From contig CAVYCN010000014.1 of assembly GCA_963767005.1 (NCBI GenBank), positions 1 to 64,000 on the forward strand: 64,000 nt of DNA, in the 5' to 3' direction. This document shows, in pieces, positions 1 to 9,168 of this stretch; the stretch's first letter is position 1, and every line of letters starts with the position of its first letter. Origin of the DNA: an uncultured Actinomycetes bacterium. GTDB lineage: Bacteria > Actinomycetota > Thermoleophilia > UBA2241. Position numbers and translations under genes: made by a program. The notes beneath the pieces are model-generated. The model was not told the origin of the DNA and searched no databases. It saw only the letters and a program-made list of their open reading frames with translations.

Positions 1-504
1 CGCTACTTCGACGCGCGCGTGTCGTGGGCATCGAGCTGCGGGCGGCGCGTCTTCAGCGCGGCTCGCGGCCGCGGCGACTCGCCGTTCCACCCCTTCGCCG
101 CCGGCGCCTTCGGCACCGGCGCCAACATGGCCTTCCGCACCGATCTGCTGCGCGAGATACGCGGCTTCGACGAGCGTCTGGGAGCCGGCTCGCCGGCCGG
201 CGGCGGCGAGGACCTCGACGCCTTCTTGCGGGTCCTGCTCACCGGGCGGTTGATTGCGAGCGAACCGGCCGCCGTGGTATGGCACGAGCATCGCGCCGGG
301 GCGGACGCCCTGCACCGCCAGATGTTCGACTACGGCAAGGGTTTCACCGCCTTCCTGGCCAAGCACGCCGTGTCACGCCGGGCGGCGCCGATCATGGGCC
401 GCCGTCTGTCGGCGGTGCCATTGGCCTGGTGCGGCTCGTCGGGCGCTTCAACCAGGCGACGCAGAGTTCTGGCGCCGGCCGCCAGGCGCCGCTCTGGGAG
501 ATAG
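1..504 (+). CDS. Family 2 glycosyltransferase, C-terminal part (starts before window); apparent frameshift at ~406-408
   Basis: Frame +1 reads FGTGANMAFR...GFDERLGAG...GGEDLD...EPAAVVWHEH, typical GT2 motifs; GT2-like tail (EIAGFLAGPLAYWRGR) continues in frame +3. Confidence 0.8.
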   Translation, partial: RYFDARVSWASSCGRRVFSAARGRGDSPFHPFAAGAFGTGANMAFRTDLLREIRGFDERLGAGSPAGGGEDLDAFLRVLLTGRLIASEPAAVVWHEHRAGADALHRQMFDYGKGFTAFLAKHAVSRRAAPIMGRRLSAVPLAWCGSSGASTRRRRVLAPAARRRSGR

Positions 505-584
505 CCGGATTCCTCGCCGGACCGCTCGCCTACTGGCGCGGTCGGCAGGTAGGTCGCGGGCGCGACGCGAATGTCTTGACCGCG

Positions 585-3053
585 ATGGGCGAGCAGCCCC
601 CCAAGCGGTCCAGCCACACCGTCACCTCCACGCCGCGCCGCTCCGGCAGCCACAACGGCAAGCCGGCCGACGCCGTGCCCGAGGAGGCGCAGCCCGACAG
701 ACAGTCGGTCGTCTTCGTCTGCTCGAACTGCGGCGAGCGCTTCATGCGGCGCGAGGACCTGCGCGCCCACCAGGACGAGGAGGCGGTCCTGCCCTGGCGC
801 CGCCGCGGCCGCCGGCGCACCCTCGATCCGTTCACCGAGCCCGCCCGGCCCGAGGCGCTCGCCCGGGCCGCCGCCGCCGTCTCGGCGGCCGACCTGCGGG
901 TAAGCGCCGAGGCGCGTCTGTCGTTCGGCGTGCTGTTCGCCGCCTGCTTCGCCCTGTATGCGGTCGGCCGGTCGCTGCAACTGCCCTACCTGTCGCTGTG
1001 CGGCGAGCTCGGCGTGCTGTTCTTCGGCCTGGGCGCGGCGCCGCTCCAGCTCAGCCGTTCGGCCAAGCTCGCCGCGCGCCTCGGCGTGGCCACGCTCGTC
1101 ATGCTGTCGGCCATGAGCCTGCTCGGCGCCGTCATGGTACTCGAGCCGCTCGGCGCCTTCTGGCGGCCGTTCCTGTGGGCCGCCGCCGCCCTGGCGGTGG
1201 CGGCCTTCATCCACGTGCTCGGCGTGCGCCAGGCGATCGTCGACCTGGCCCGCACCGGCCTGCGCCTGCGCGCCGTCTGGGGCGGCGCCGTGGGGCCCGA
1301 GGGCGGCGGCTGGGCGCCGCTCACCGCCACCGTGCTGGGCACCGCCGCCTGGCTCACCGCCGCGCTCAGGGCCGGCCACATCACACCCGGCATCGCCGGC
1401 TTTCTGCCGCACATCACGCCGCTCTGGTACGCCGGCGTCGTGTCGCTCGTGCTGGCCGTGTTCCTCGCCCGCCGCAAGCGCGAGGCCTGGGTCACGCTGG
1501 CCGTCGCCTCGCTCGTCATGGCCTTCACGGTCACGCCGGCCCTGGTCTACGGCATGCCGCGCGCGCAGTCGGCCGGCAAGCACATCGAGTTCGTGCAGCT
1601 CATCCTCACGCAGCACCGCCTGAGCACGGGCTCGGGCATCTACGCCGCCTACTCGGCCTTCTTCGCCGGCGTCGCCTGGCTGTGCAGCGTGGCGCGCGTG
1701 ACCGACGTGACCGCGCTGGCGACCTGGTGGCCGGTGTTCATGGGGCTCCTCGGGCTGATCGAGCTGCGCTTTCTGATCGGCCGTCTCGGTCTGCCGGCAT
1801 ACCACACCTGGTTCGCCGTCCTGATCGCCGTGCTCGCCAACGCGATGAGCGCCGACTACTTCTCGCCGCAGTCGATCGGCTTCGTCATGGGCCTCGGTAT
1901 CTACGCCCTCGTGCTCGAGCCGCGCTGGTCCGCGCTCGGCGGCGAGCCGCTCAGCGGCGAGGCCCTCAGCCGCGACATCCTCGGCGGCAGCGCGCTCAGC
2001 CAGCCGCCCCCGGTGGGGCCGCGGCTGCGCGCCATCGCCCTGCTGTTCTCGGGCTGCGCGCTTGCCACCACCCACGAGCTCAGCCCCTTCATCGTCGGCG
2101 GCGTGCTCGTCGTGCTCAGCGTCTTCGGCCTGGCGCGGCCGCGCTGGGCGGCGCTCGCCGTGCTGGTACCGGCCGTCCTGTGGGCCGGCGTGAACTTCGA
2201 CGTCGTCTCGGGCTTTGTGTCGCTCGGCTTCTTGTTGCACCTGTCGAACTTCCGGCCGCCGCGCACGGTGGCGGCGCCGGGCCTCGCCCGCCAGCTCATC
2301 GTGGCCCTCAACTCACGCGCCCTGCTGCTCGGGCTGCTCGTGCTCGTCGTCGGTGCACTCGCCGGTTTCCTGCGCCACGTGCGCCGGCGCTGGGCCTGGG
2401 CCTTCATGGCCTGCGCCGGCGTCGGCCTGATCTGCGTCGCCGTCAACCCTTACGGCAACGAGGGCATCTTCCGCGCCTCGCTGTTCGGCATCCCCTGGCT
2501 CACGCTCGTGGCGGCGTGCGGTTTCGCCGGCCGTGTCGGACGGTTGCGCAGCCTGCTGCTGGTCGGGGCCGTCCTGCTGCTCTGCGCCACGTTCCTGATG
2601 GGCACGTTCGGCATGGACGCCGCGAAGGTCATGCACCGCTCCGACCTGACCGCGCTACGTGTGTTCGAGCGCGAGTCGACCCCGACGCGCTCGTTCCTGC
2701 TCGAGATGGGCTACGGCGATTTCGTCTGCACGGTGCCCACCCTGCCGGCGACGCGCCGGTACGTGATGCTGCAGACGGCGGTCGGCGCCGCGCCGCTGGC
2801 GGCACATCCGACCACGGCCGACCTGGCTGCGCTCACGGCGGGCTACGAGGCCTATGCCCACTCGCAGGCCGGCTCCGGGCCCGACGACCTGTACGCGGTA
2901 TGGTCGCCGAGCCTGGCGATCTACGGCTACGAGTACGGCCTGCTGTCCAAGCAGCAATCGACGACGCTGCGCGACCTCATGCTGGCAAGCCCTGACTGGC
3001 GGGTCGTCTACCGCGATCAGGGCACGGTCCTCTTCAAGCTCGTCCATGCCTGA
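585..3053 (+). CDS. Large multi-pass membrane protein (polysaccharide polymerase/GT-C-like) with N-terminal C2H2-like motif; may be fused to the upstream GT2
   Basis: Part of ORF 24..3053; many hydrophobic segments, DYFSPQ and THELSPF motifs; start at ATG 585 uncertain because the frame is open upstream. Confidence 0.65.
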   Translation: MGEQPPKRSSHTVTSTPRRSGSHNGKPADAVPEEAQPDRQSVVFVCSNCGERFMRREDLRAHQDEEAVLPWRRRGRRRTLDPFTEPARPEALARAAAAVSAADLRVSAEARLSFGVLFAACFALYAVGRSLQLPYLSLCGELGVLFFGLGAAPLQLSRSAKLAARLGVATLVMLSAMSLLGAVMVLEPLGAFWRPFLWAAAALAVAAFIHVLGVRQAIVDLARTGLRLRAVWGGAVGPEGGGWAPLTATVLGTAAWLTAALRAGHITPGIAGFLPHITPLWYAGVVSLVLAVFLARRKREAWVTLAVASLVMAFTVTPALVYGMPRAQSAGKHIEFVQLILTQHRLSTGSGIYAAYSAFFAGVAWLCSVARVTDVTALATWWPVFMGLLGLIELRFLIGRLGLPAYHTWFAVLIAVLANAMSADYFSPQSIGFVMGLGIYALVLEPRWSALGGEPLSGEALSRDILGGSALSQPPPVGPRLRAIALLFSGCALATTHELSPFIVGGVLVVLSVFGLARPRWAALAVLVPAVLWAGVNFDVVSGFVSLGFLLHLSNFRPPRTVAAPGLARQLIVALNSRALLLGLLVLVVGALAGFLRHVRRRWAWAFMACAGVGLICVAVNPYGNEGIFRASLFGIPWLTLVAACGFAGRVGRLRSLLLVGAVLLLCATFLMGTFGMDAAKVMHRSDLTALRVFERESTPTRSFLLEMGYGDFVCTVPTLPATRRYVMLQTAVGAAPLAAHPTTADLAALTAGYEAYAHSQAGSGPDDLYAVWSPSLAIYGYEYGLLSKQQSTTLRDLMLASPDWRVVYRDQGTVLFKLVHA

Positions 3054-4554
3054 CGGGCGACCCACCGACCCGCCCACCGCACCGGCCCTCGAGGTCGAGG
3101 CCGATCGTGCTCTGCGCGGCCTGTTCGGCCGCGACGCGCTGTACATGATCGTCTGGGCGGCCCAGATCATCGTGACCGCGCTCTGCACGCCGATCGTCAC
3201 GCGCCTGCTCGGGCCGCCGCGGTTCGGCACGGTGGCGGCCTGCATCGCCGTCATGCAGGTGCTCGTCGCGCTGGGCGGCGCCGGCCTGCAGACCGCCGTG
3301 CAGTGGCGCTACGCGCGGCCCGGCGGCGAGTCCGAGGCGCGTCGCCTGATCACGCTCGCCATGGGCGTCTCGGGGCTCGTCTTTCTCATCGTCAATTTCA
3401 GCGGGTCCTGGTGGTGCCCGCGTCTCGGCCTGGGCGCCTACGGCGGCGCCGTGCGCTACGCCGTGATCTGGGCCGCGCTCACCGCGGTCAGTAACGCGGC
3501 CCTCGGCCTGATCCGCAGCCGCGATCGGCTCGCCGCCTTCTTCGTGGTCGGCCTGCTGCAGTCCGTCGTGGCCGAAGCGGTCAGCCTGGCGCTCGTCATC
3601 CTCGTCGCCCGCACGGCCACCGAGTTCCTGCTCGGCCAGATGATCGCCCAGGCCGTGACGGTCGTCGTCGCGCTGTCGCTTGCCCGCCCCGCGGCGCTGC
3701 GCCGGCGCGACGCCGGCATGCTGGCCGCCAGCCTGCGATACTCCGTCGCCCTCGTGCCGGCCGCCCTCGCCGCCTTTGCCCTGCAGGCCGCCGACCGCCT
3801 CATCGTGGAGCACGACCTGGGGTCGGCCGCCGTCGGGCGCTACTCGGTCGCCAACAACGTCGGCTCGCTGCTCATCCTCCTGCTCGGCGTGCTGAACGTG
3901 ATGTGGCTGCCCCGCATCTTCGCGGTTGACGAAGGCGGCCTGCGCCGGGCCGTGCTCGCCCGCAGCCGCGACGCGCTCTACCGGCTGCTCATGCCCGCCC
4001 TTCTCGGTCTCACGGTGGGGGCGCCCATCGTGTTGCGCGTCTGGATGCCCGCCTCGTACCGCCCGGACGGGCTCCAATCAGTCGTGGCGATGATCGGCCT
4101 GGCCTCGTTGCCCGTGGCCGGCATGTACACCCATCAGCGGGCGCTGCTCGCCCGTGGCAGGACGCTGGCGATCGGTGTGCTCACCGTCGTGGCCGGCGCC
4201 GCCAACATCGCCCTGAACATCGCGCTCGTGCCGGTGCTCGGCATCAACGGTTCGGCCCTGGGGGTCCTGCTGAGCTACGCCCTGCTGTACGTGCTGCTCG
4301 CCTTGGCGGCACGACGTGTGGAGGAGCTACCGGCGCCGCGGCCGGCCCTCGTCGTGCAGCTCTGTCTTGCGGGCATCGTGGCGCTCGCCGTGACACGGCT
4401 GCCGGTGGGCGGCGCGTTCCTGGCGCTGCGCCTCGCCGGCGGCCTGGCCTGCCTGGCCGCCGTCGCGGCGCTGGCGCTGCGTATCGCGCGGCCGCGCGGC
4501 GGCGCGACGGCGCCGCTCGGCATGGTCTCGACGTCATCGAAGGGAGCCCTGTGA
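3046..4554 (+). CDS. Polysaccharide flippase (Wzx/RfbX-like)
   Basis: TPIVTRLLGPPRFG and ADRLIV...AVGRYSVA motifs, many TM segments; ATG overlaps upstream stop. Confidence 0.85.
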   Translation: MPDGRPTDPPTAPALEVEADRALRGLFGRDALYMIVWAAQIIVTALCTPIVTRLLGPPRFGTVAACIAVMQVLVALGGAGLQTAVQWRYARPGGESEARRLITLAMGVSGLVFLIVNFSGSWWCPRLGLGAYGGAVRYAVIWAALTAVSNAALGLIRSRDRLAAFFVVGLLQSVVAEAVSLALVILVARTATEFLLGQMIAQAVTVVVALSLARPAALRRRDAGMLAASLRYSVALVPAALAAFALQAADRLIVEHDLGSAAVGRYSVANNVGSLLILLLGVLNVMWLPRIFAVDEGGLRRAVLARSRDALYRLLMPALLGLTVGAPIVLRVWMPASYRPDGLQSVVAMIGLASLPVAGMYTHQRALLARGRTLAIGVLTVVAGAANIALNIALVPVLGINGSALGVLLSYALLYVLLALAARRVEELPAPRPALVVQLCLAGIVALAVTRLPVGGAFLALRLAGGLACLAAVAALALRIARPRGGATAPLGMVSTSSKGAL

Positions 4555-5531
4555 CGGAGGGTACGTCGGTCATCCTGCTGGCGCATGCCGACGCCGCCAA
4601 GGTGCGGCGGCTGCTCGCCGCGCTCGCCGGCCTCGAGGTGCTGCTGCACTGCGACCGCCACACAGCGGCCGGCGTGTTCGCCGAGATGACGCGCGACCCC
4701 GGCCCGCTCGTGCGGGTGCTGCCGCGGTCACCGGCGCACCTTTCGAGCTGGTCGCTTGCCGAGGTCGAGTACCGGGCGCTGCGCGTCTGGCTCGAGACGA
4801 GTCGGGCCGAGCGCGTGATCCTGGCGTCGGGCGCTTGCTATCCGCTCGTGTCGGTCGGCGATCTGTGCGCCGAGCTCGAGACGTTCAAGGGGCTCACGCG
4901 CATGCCCCTGGACGCCCTGCCGTTCCGTCCCTGGGACACTGCGCGCAACCGCGACGGTGGGCTGTGGCGCGTGCGGCGCCGGTTCGTGACGTTTCGCGGT
5001 CGGGTGATACGTGTCGGCGGTGTGCCGCTGCGCACCTTCAAACGCCGCCCGCCGGCCGGTCTCGAGCTGCGCGCTTCGTCGCAGTTCAAGGTCTACGCGC
5101 GGCGCCACGTCGCGGCGCTGCTGCGCGTTCTCGCCGAGCGTCCCGACATCGTGCGGTTCTGGCGCACGACCCTGGTGCCCAACGAGATGTGCGCCGCCTC
5201 GATCCTGGCCTCACCCGATCTGGTCGGCGACATCTGCGACGAGATCTGCGACGACCAACCCTGGTATATCGACTGGGGACAGGGACCGCGGTACGACCAC
5301 CCGCGCTGGCTCACCATGGACGACCTGCCGGCCCTCGCCGCGGCGCGGGCGGCGCTGCCGCGGCCGGCGGAGCGCTTGGTCGCCGACCGCGACGGCTACC
5401 GCAAGCTGTTCGCCCGCAAGATCCCGTCGTCCGAGATGGAGCTGCTCGACGCGATCGACGCGACGCTGCGGGTGGATAGGATCGCGCCAGCGCCAGGCTG
5501 GGCGGCGCCCGCCGCCGTCGTCCAGGTGTAG
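4551..5531 (+). CDS. GT14 core-2/I-branching-like glycosyltransferase
   Basis: ILLAH, LLHCD, SGACYPL, SSQF, PNE and KLFARK motifs; GTGA overlap with flippase. Confidence 0.8.
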   Translation: MTEGTSVILLAHADAAKVRRLLAALAGLEVLLHCDRHTAAGVFAEMTRDPGPLVRVLPRSPAHLSSWSLAEVEYRALRVWLETSRAERVILASGACYPLVSVGDLCAELETFKGLTRMPLDALPFRPWDTARNRDGGLWRVRRRFVTFRGRVIRVGGVPLRTFKRRPPAGLELRASSQFKVYARRHVAALLRVLAERPDIVRFWRTTLVPNEMCAASILASPDLVGDICDEICDDQPWYIDWGQGPRYDHPRWLTMDDLPALAAARAALPRPAERLVADRDGYRKLFARKIPSSEMELLDAIDATLRVDRIAPAPGWAAPAAVVQV

Positions 5532-6709
5532 GCGCGCACCCAGTCGATCAGCATGGTGGCGGGGAACCGCGTGGCGGCGGTCGGCGCGCCGGGCCAGTTG
5601 CCGCCGACGGCCAGATCGAGGATCAGGCTGAAGGGATGGTCGAAGACCCACTGCTGCCCGCGCCCCAGGGACGAGGGCGTGTAGGTCGCATACGGCACGC
5701 CGTCGAGCGTCATCTGCACGAAGCCCGGCTTCCAGTTGACGCCGTAGACATGGAAGGCGCCGGTCTTGCCGCTCAGGCGAGCGACGGTCGAGAGGCCGTA
5801 GGCTGCGGTGCTGCCGGCGAGCGGGCCGTGGATCGTGGCGCAGACGTGGCCGGGGTCCTGTCCCAGGTTCTCCATGACGTCCATCTCGCCGCAGGCCGGC
5901 CAGCCGACCTGGCCGATGTCGGCGCCCAGCGCCCAGAACGCCGGCCACAGGCCGCGGCCGGCCGGCAGGGCGATGCGCGCCTGGATCGAGCCGTAGGCCG
6001 CCGAGACGCTGGCGACCGTCTCGACCTTGCCCGACGTGTAGGAGCGCGTGTTGCCGGCCATCGTGCAGGTCTGCCGCTGGGCGGTGAGGGCCAGGTCGCC
6101 GAGGCCGTCGAGGCTCACGTTGCCGGGTTGGGCCGTGTAGCACTCGAGCTCGTTGTTGCCGAAACCGGTGCCGCCGGTGTCGATCTCCCACTTGGTCGCG
6201 TCGGGCGACGTGCCGGCCAGGCCGCTGAACTCGTCTGACCAGACCAGCTTCGCCGCCGGCACGCTTTCGAGCACGATCCTGGTGGCCACGTAGGTCGCCT
6301 TGCGACCGGCCTTCAGGCCGGTCGCGGTACCGGCGACGCGCACGCACGAGCCGGGGATGAGCGCGGCGATCGAGAAAGTCGGCGTCACGGGCGCGACCGG
6401 CGAGGCGGCCGCCTTGTTCACGAGCGCCGCTCGCGGGCCCACGACGAGCGTGATGCTGCTGCCCGTCGCCGCCGCGCCGAGCGCGCCGCTGCAGCTCGTC
6501 GGCTGGATGGTGAGCGAACCGCCGCGCGCCGCCGACGAGACGACCGTCGCCTCGCAGCCGAAGGCCGCGGTCGTCGTGGCGGCGGCGGCACGGGCGGCGG
6601 GGAGCAGGAGGGCGGCGAGCAGCACCATCGTGAGGAAGGACCAGGCCAGCGGGCTCGGCGCTCCGCTGCGTCGGGCGGTACGGGCGATGGCGCTCGACCG
6701 GCGTTCCAC
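5396..6709 (-). CDS. Secreted GH16 glycoside hydrolase (laminarinase-like)
   Basis: LVWSDEF, GNNELECY, WPAFW, catalytic GEMDVME (ExDxxE), LAVGGNWPG; hydrophobic signal segment. Confidence 0.9.
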   Translation of the reverse strand: MERRSSAIARTARRSGAPSPLAWSFLTMVLLAALLLPAARAAAATTTAAFGCEATVVSSAARGGSLTIQPTSCSGALGAAATGSSITLVVGPRAALVNKAAASPVAPVTPTFSIAALIPGSCVRVAGTATGLKAGRKATYVATRIVLESVPAAKLVWSDEFSGLAGTSPDATKWEIDTGGTGFGNNELECYTAQPGNVSLDGLGDLALTAQRQTCTMAGNTRSYTSGKVETVASVSAAYGSIQARIALPAGRGLWPAFWALGADIGQVGWPACGEMDVMENLGQDPGHVCATIHGPLAGSTAAYGLSTVARLSGKTGAFHVYGVNWKPGFVQMTLDGVPYATYTPSSLGRGQQWVFDHPFSLILDLAVGGNWPGAPTAATRFPATMLIDWVRAYTWTTAAGAAQPGAGAILSTRSVASIASSSSISDDGILRANSLR

Positions 6710-6778
6710 TACCTACTCCGCTCCTTGAATGAGGTGGTCCTACGGTGGCCATCGACGCCTTGCGCAGCCGCGATAATG

Positions 6779-6987
6779 CTCCACCGCGGATTTGAAGAAC
6801 GCTGCTCAGCGCCTCTGGGAAGGACCGGCAACGGGCTCGGGAACCGCCCGTGGAGCGGTGGGTGCGCGCCCATGCGCGGGGAGTAAACGAACGTTCCATG
6901 CGGGGAGTGCCACCGGCTTCCGAAAGGAAGGTCGAGAGACGGCGCGACCGCTCGCAGCGAGCGGCTCGACGCGGGAGCGGGGTGGAG
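6779..6987 (+). ncRNA. Candidate structured RNA/5' leader, family not recognised
   Basis: GNRA hairpins ccg-GCAA-cgg, cttcc-GAAA-ggaag, gtc-GAGA-gac plus further stems; follows a GATAAT -10-like hexamer at 6772-6777. Confidence 0.4.
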
Positions 6988-6997
6988 GAGTCGAGGG

Positions 6998-7402
6998 ATG
7001 GTCACCAGAGAGTCGCCGACGCAGCCGCCGCAGGTCGTGGCGTCGCCCGGTCTCGACGACCTGCCGCCGTCCTTCGAGCGCTTTCCCGACGCCCTGCGGC
7101 TGCTCATGCGGCAGCGCAACCTGAGCTACCGCCAGATGGCCTACAAGACCCACTTGTCGGCCGGCTACCTCAACCACCTCACCAAGGGCACGCGGCCGGT
7201 GCCGGCCGACGCCATCGTGCGCGTCATCGCGGCGGCGCTGCGCGTCGGGCCCGAGCACTTCATCGAGTATCGCCTGCGCCAGGTCCTCGAGGTCATCGAG
7301 GGCTCCACCGCGCTCGTCGACACGCTCTACGGCATCCTGCTGCTGCGGGCGTCGCTGTCGGACGAGATGCGGGCCGTGCTCGAGCGCCACGCGGCCGGCT
7401 GA
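6998..7402 (+). CDS. XRE-family HTH transcriptional regulator
   Basis: LSYRQMAYKTHLSAGYLNHLTKGTRP helix-turn-helix; GGAGG upstream. Confidence 0.85.
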   Translation: MVTRESPTQPPQVVASPGLDDLPPSFERFPDALRLLMRQRNLSYRQMAYKTHLSAGYLNHLTKGTRPVPADAIVRVIAAALRVGPEHFIEYRLRQVLEVIEGSTALVDTLYGILLLRASLSDEMRAVLERHAAG

Positions 7403-7509
7403 AGCCCCTCCGGCGAGCCGATCGCTCATGTCGTGCGCCTACCGTCCGATGACACAGGAAACGGCGACGACGGAGGTCAGGCGTGGGGCAGAGGCGGCGT
7501 GCCGGCGCA

Positions 7510-9063
7510 GTGAAGAGACTGGGATGGGTCTGCCTGCTGGGCGGCGCCCTGATCGCGACCCTGGTGGGTGGGGCCCGACCGGCCCTCGCCGCGGATCGTG
7601 ACCCCTCGTTCAGCGTCGCGGCCGAGCGTCAGGCCGACCTGCGGCTCAGCGTGCTCGGCAGCGCGACCTTCGACCAGAACGACCTGATCACCGACCTGAA
7701 CTTCACCGACTCCTGCTGCCTTTCGCAAGCGGGCGTGCAGAGCTTCCTGGCCGCCCAGCCGGGCGTCCTCGATACCTACAAGGCGGCCGACCACCTCGGC
7801 GTCAAACGCGGCGCGGCGGCGATCATCTCGCGCGCCGCCGCGGCCTGGCAGGTCAGCCCCAAGGTGATCCTCGCCACGCTGCAAAAAGAGGAGGGGCTGT
7901 TGAGCGCGACCTCGCCGAGTGCGACCGCGCTCGACTGGGCGATGGGCTGCGGCTGCCCCGACTCGGGGGCGACCGACACCACCTACGAAGGCTTCGGCAA
8001 GCAGGTCTGGTACGGCGCCGAGTCGCTGCACGACGACGGCCAGGGCTGGTCTGCGGGTGCCACCAAGACCTGCGGCGACGGCTCGGTCAAGCCGGTCGAC
8101 CAGGCCACCTACGCGCTCTACTGCTACACGCCCTGGGTCGGCCTGGCCGGCGGCGGCAACAAGCTCTTCTGGACCCTGTACTGGCAGTACTTCGGGGACC
8201 CGCTCGCCGTCGACACGGTCGCGCCGGTCACGACCCTGCACGGCGCCGACCAGCTCTGGCACGCCAAGCCGGTGACCCTCAGCTTGAGCGCCATCGACAA
8301 CGCGGGCGGCAGCGGCGTGGTGGCGACCCAGTACGCGCTCGACGGGGGCGCCTGGACGAGCGGCTCGAGCCTCACCGTCGCGGCTCCGGCCACCCATGCC
8401 GGCGACGGCGTGCACACCGTGCGCTTTCGCTCGATCGACTACGCCGGCAACGTCGAGAAGGCCCAGAGCTGTCAGGTGAGGATCGACACGACGCCGCCGG
8501 CGACCACGGTCTCCGGCCCCGTCGGTCGCTGGCGCGACCGGCCCGTCACCCTCACCTTCCACGCAAGCGACGCCGGCTCGGGCGTCGCCGCCACTCAGGT
8601 GCGGCTCGGCAGCGGCGCCTGGACCAAGGCGACGACGATCACCGTGCCCGCGCCCGCCGATCACGCAGGCGACGGCAGCCACACGGTCTCCTACCGCTCG
8701 ACCGACGCGGCCGGCAACGTGGGACAGGCCAAGACGTGCAGCGTGTCGATCGACACCGCGGCGCCGCGGCCGGTGACCAACTGGACGGCGACGGCCACGC
8801 ACGGCAAGGTAGCAAGCCTGCGCTACTACATCGCCGACCGCCGCCCCGGCTCGCCCACGGCGACCGTTACGATCAGGGTGCGCACCCTCACCGGTGGCCT
8901 CGTGCGCAAGCTCGTGGAGCGGGGCGTGCCCGTCGACCAGCGCCTCACGGCGACCTTCACCTGCCACCTCGCGCCCGGCAGCTACCAGTTCTTCGTCTAC
9001 GCCACCGACGCGGCCGGCAACGGGCAGAGCGTGGTGGCCCACAACAGCCTGCACGTGCAGTAG
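7510..9063 (+). CDS. Secreted protein: putative lysozyme-like N-terminal domain plus two Ig-like (OmpL47-type) repeats
   Basis: Signal peptide; VILATLQKEEGL...AMGCGCPD...ALYCYTPW; repeats GSGVxATQ...GxHTVxxRSxDxAGNV. Confidence 0.7.
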   Translation: MKRLGWVCLLGGALIATLVGGARPALAADRDPSFSVAAERQADLRLSVLGSATFDQNDLITDLNFTDSCCLSQAGVQSFLAAQPGVLDTYKAADHLGVKRGAAAIISRAAAAWQVSPKVILATLQKEEGLLSATSPSATALDWAMGCGCPDSGATDTTYEGFGKQVWYGAESLHDDGQGWSAGATKTCGDGSVKPVDQATYALYCYTPWVGLAGGGNKLFWTLYWQYFGDPLAVDTVAPVTTLHGADQLWHAKPVTLSLSAIDNAGGSGVVATQYALDGGAWTSGSSLTVAAPATHAGDGVHTVRFRSIDYAGNVEKAQSCQVRIDTTPPATTVSGPVGRWRDRPVTLTFHASDAGSGVAATQVRLGSGAWTKATTITVPAPADHAGDGSHTVSYRSTDAAGNVGQAKTCSVSIDTAAPRPVTNWTATATHGKVASLRYYIADRRPGSPTATVTIRVRTLTGGLVRKLVERGVPVDQRLTATFTCHLAPGSYQFFVYATDAAGNGQSVVAHNSLHVQ

Positions 9064-9168
9064 GGGCCCGCTTCGTCGTCAGCGGCGGAGACGGAAAAGC
9101 ACGCGCGGCCGTTGACCCGCCCCCCCGCAACGACGTACAAGGACTTCTCGAGGGGGGAGAAGAGGGCC

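Noticed and set aside
6815-6866. SAM-I or cobalamin riboswitch (CCGGCAAC, GGTGC, GGGAAGG)
   Set aside because: Only short motifs match; the P1 ATC..GAG core and B12 box are absent and the gene context is unrelated.
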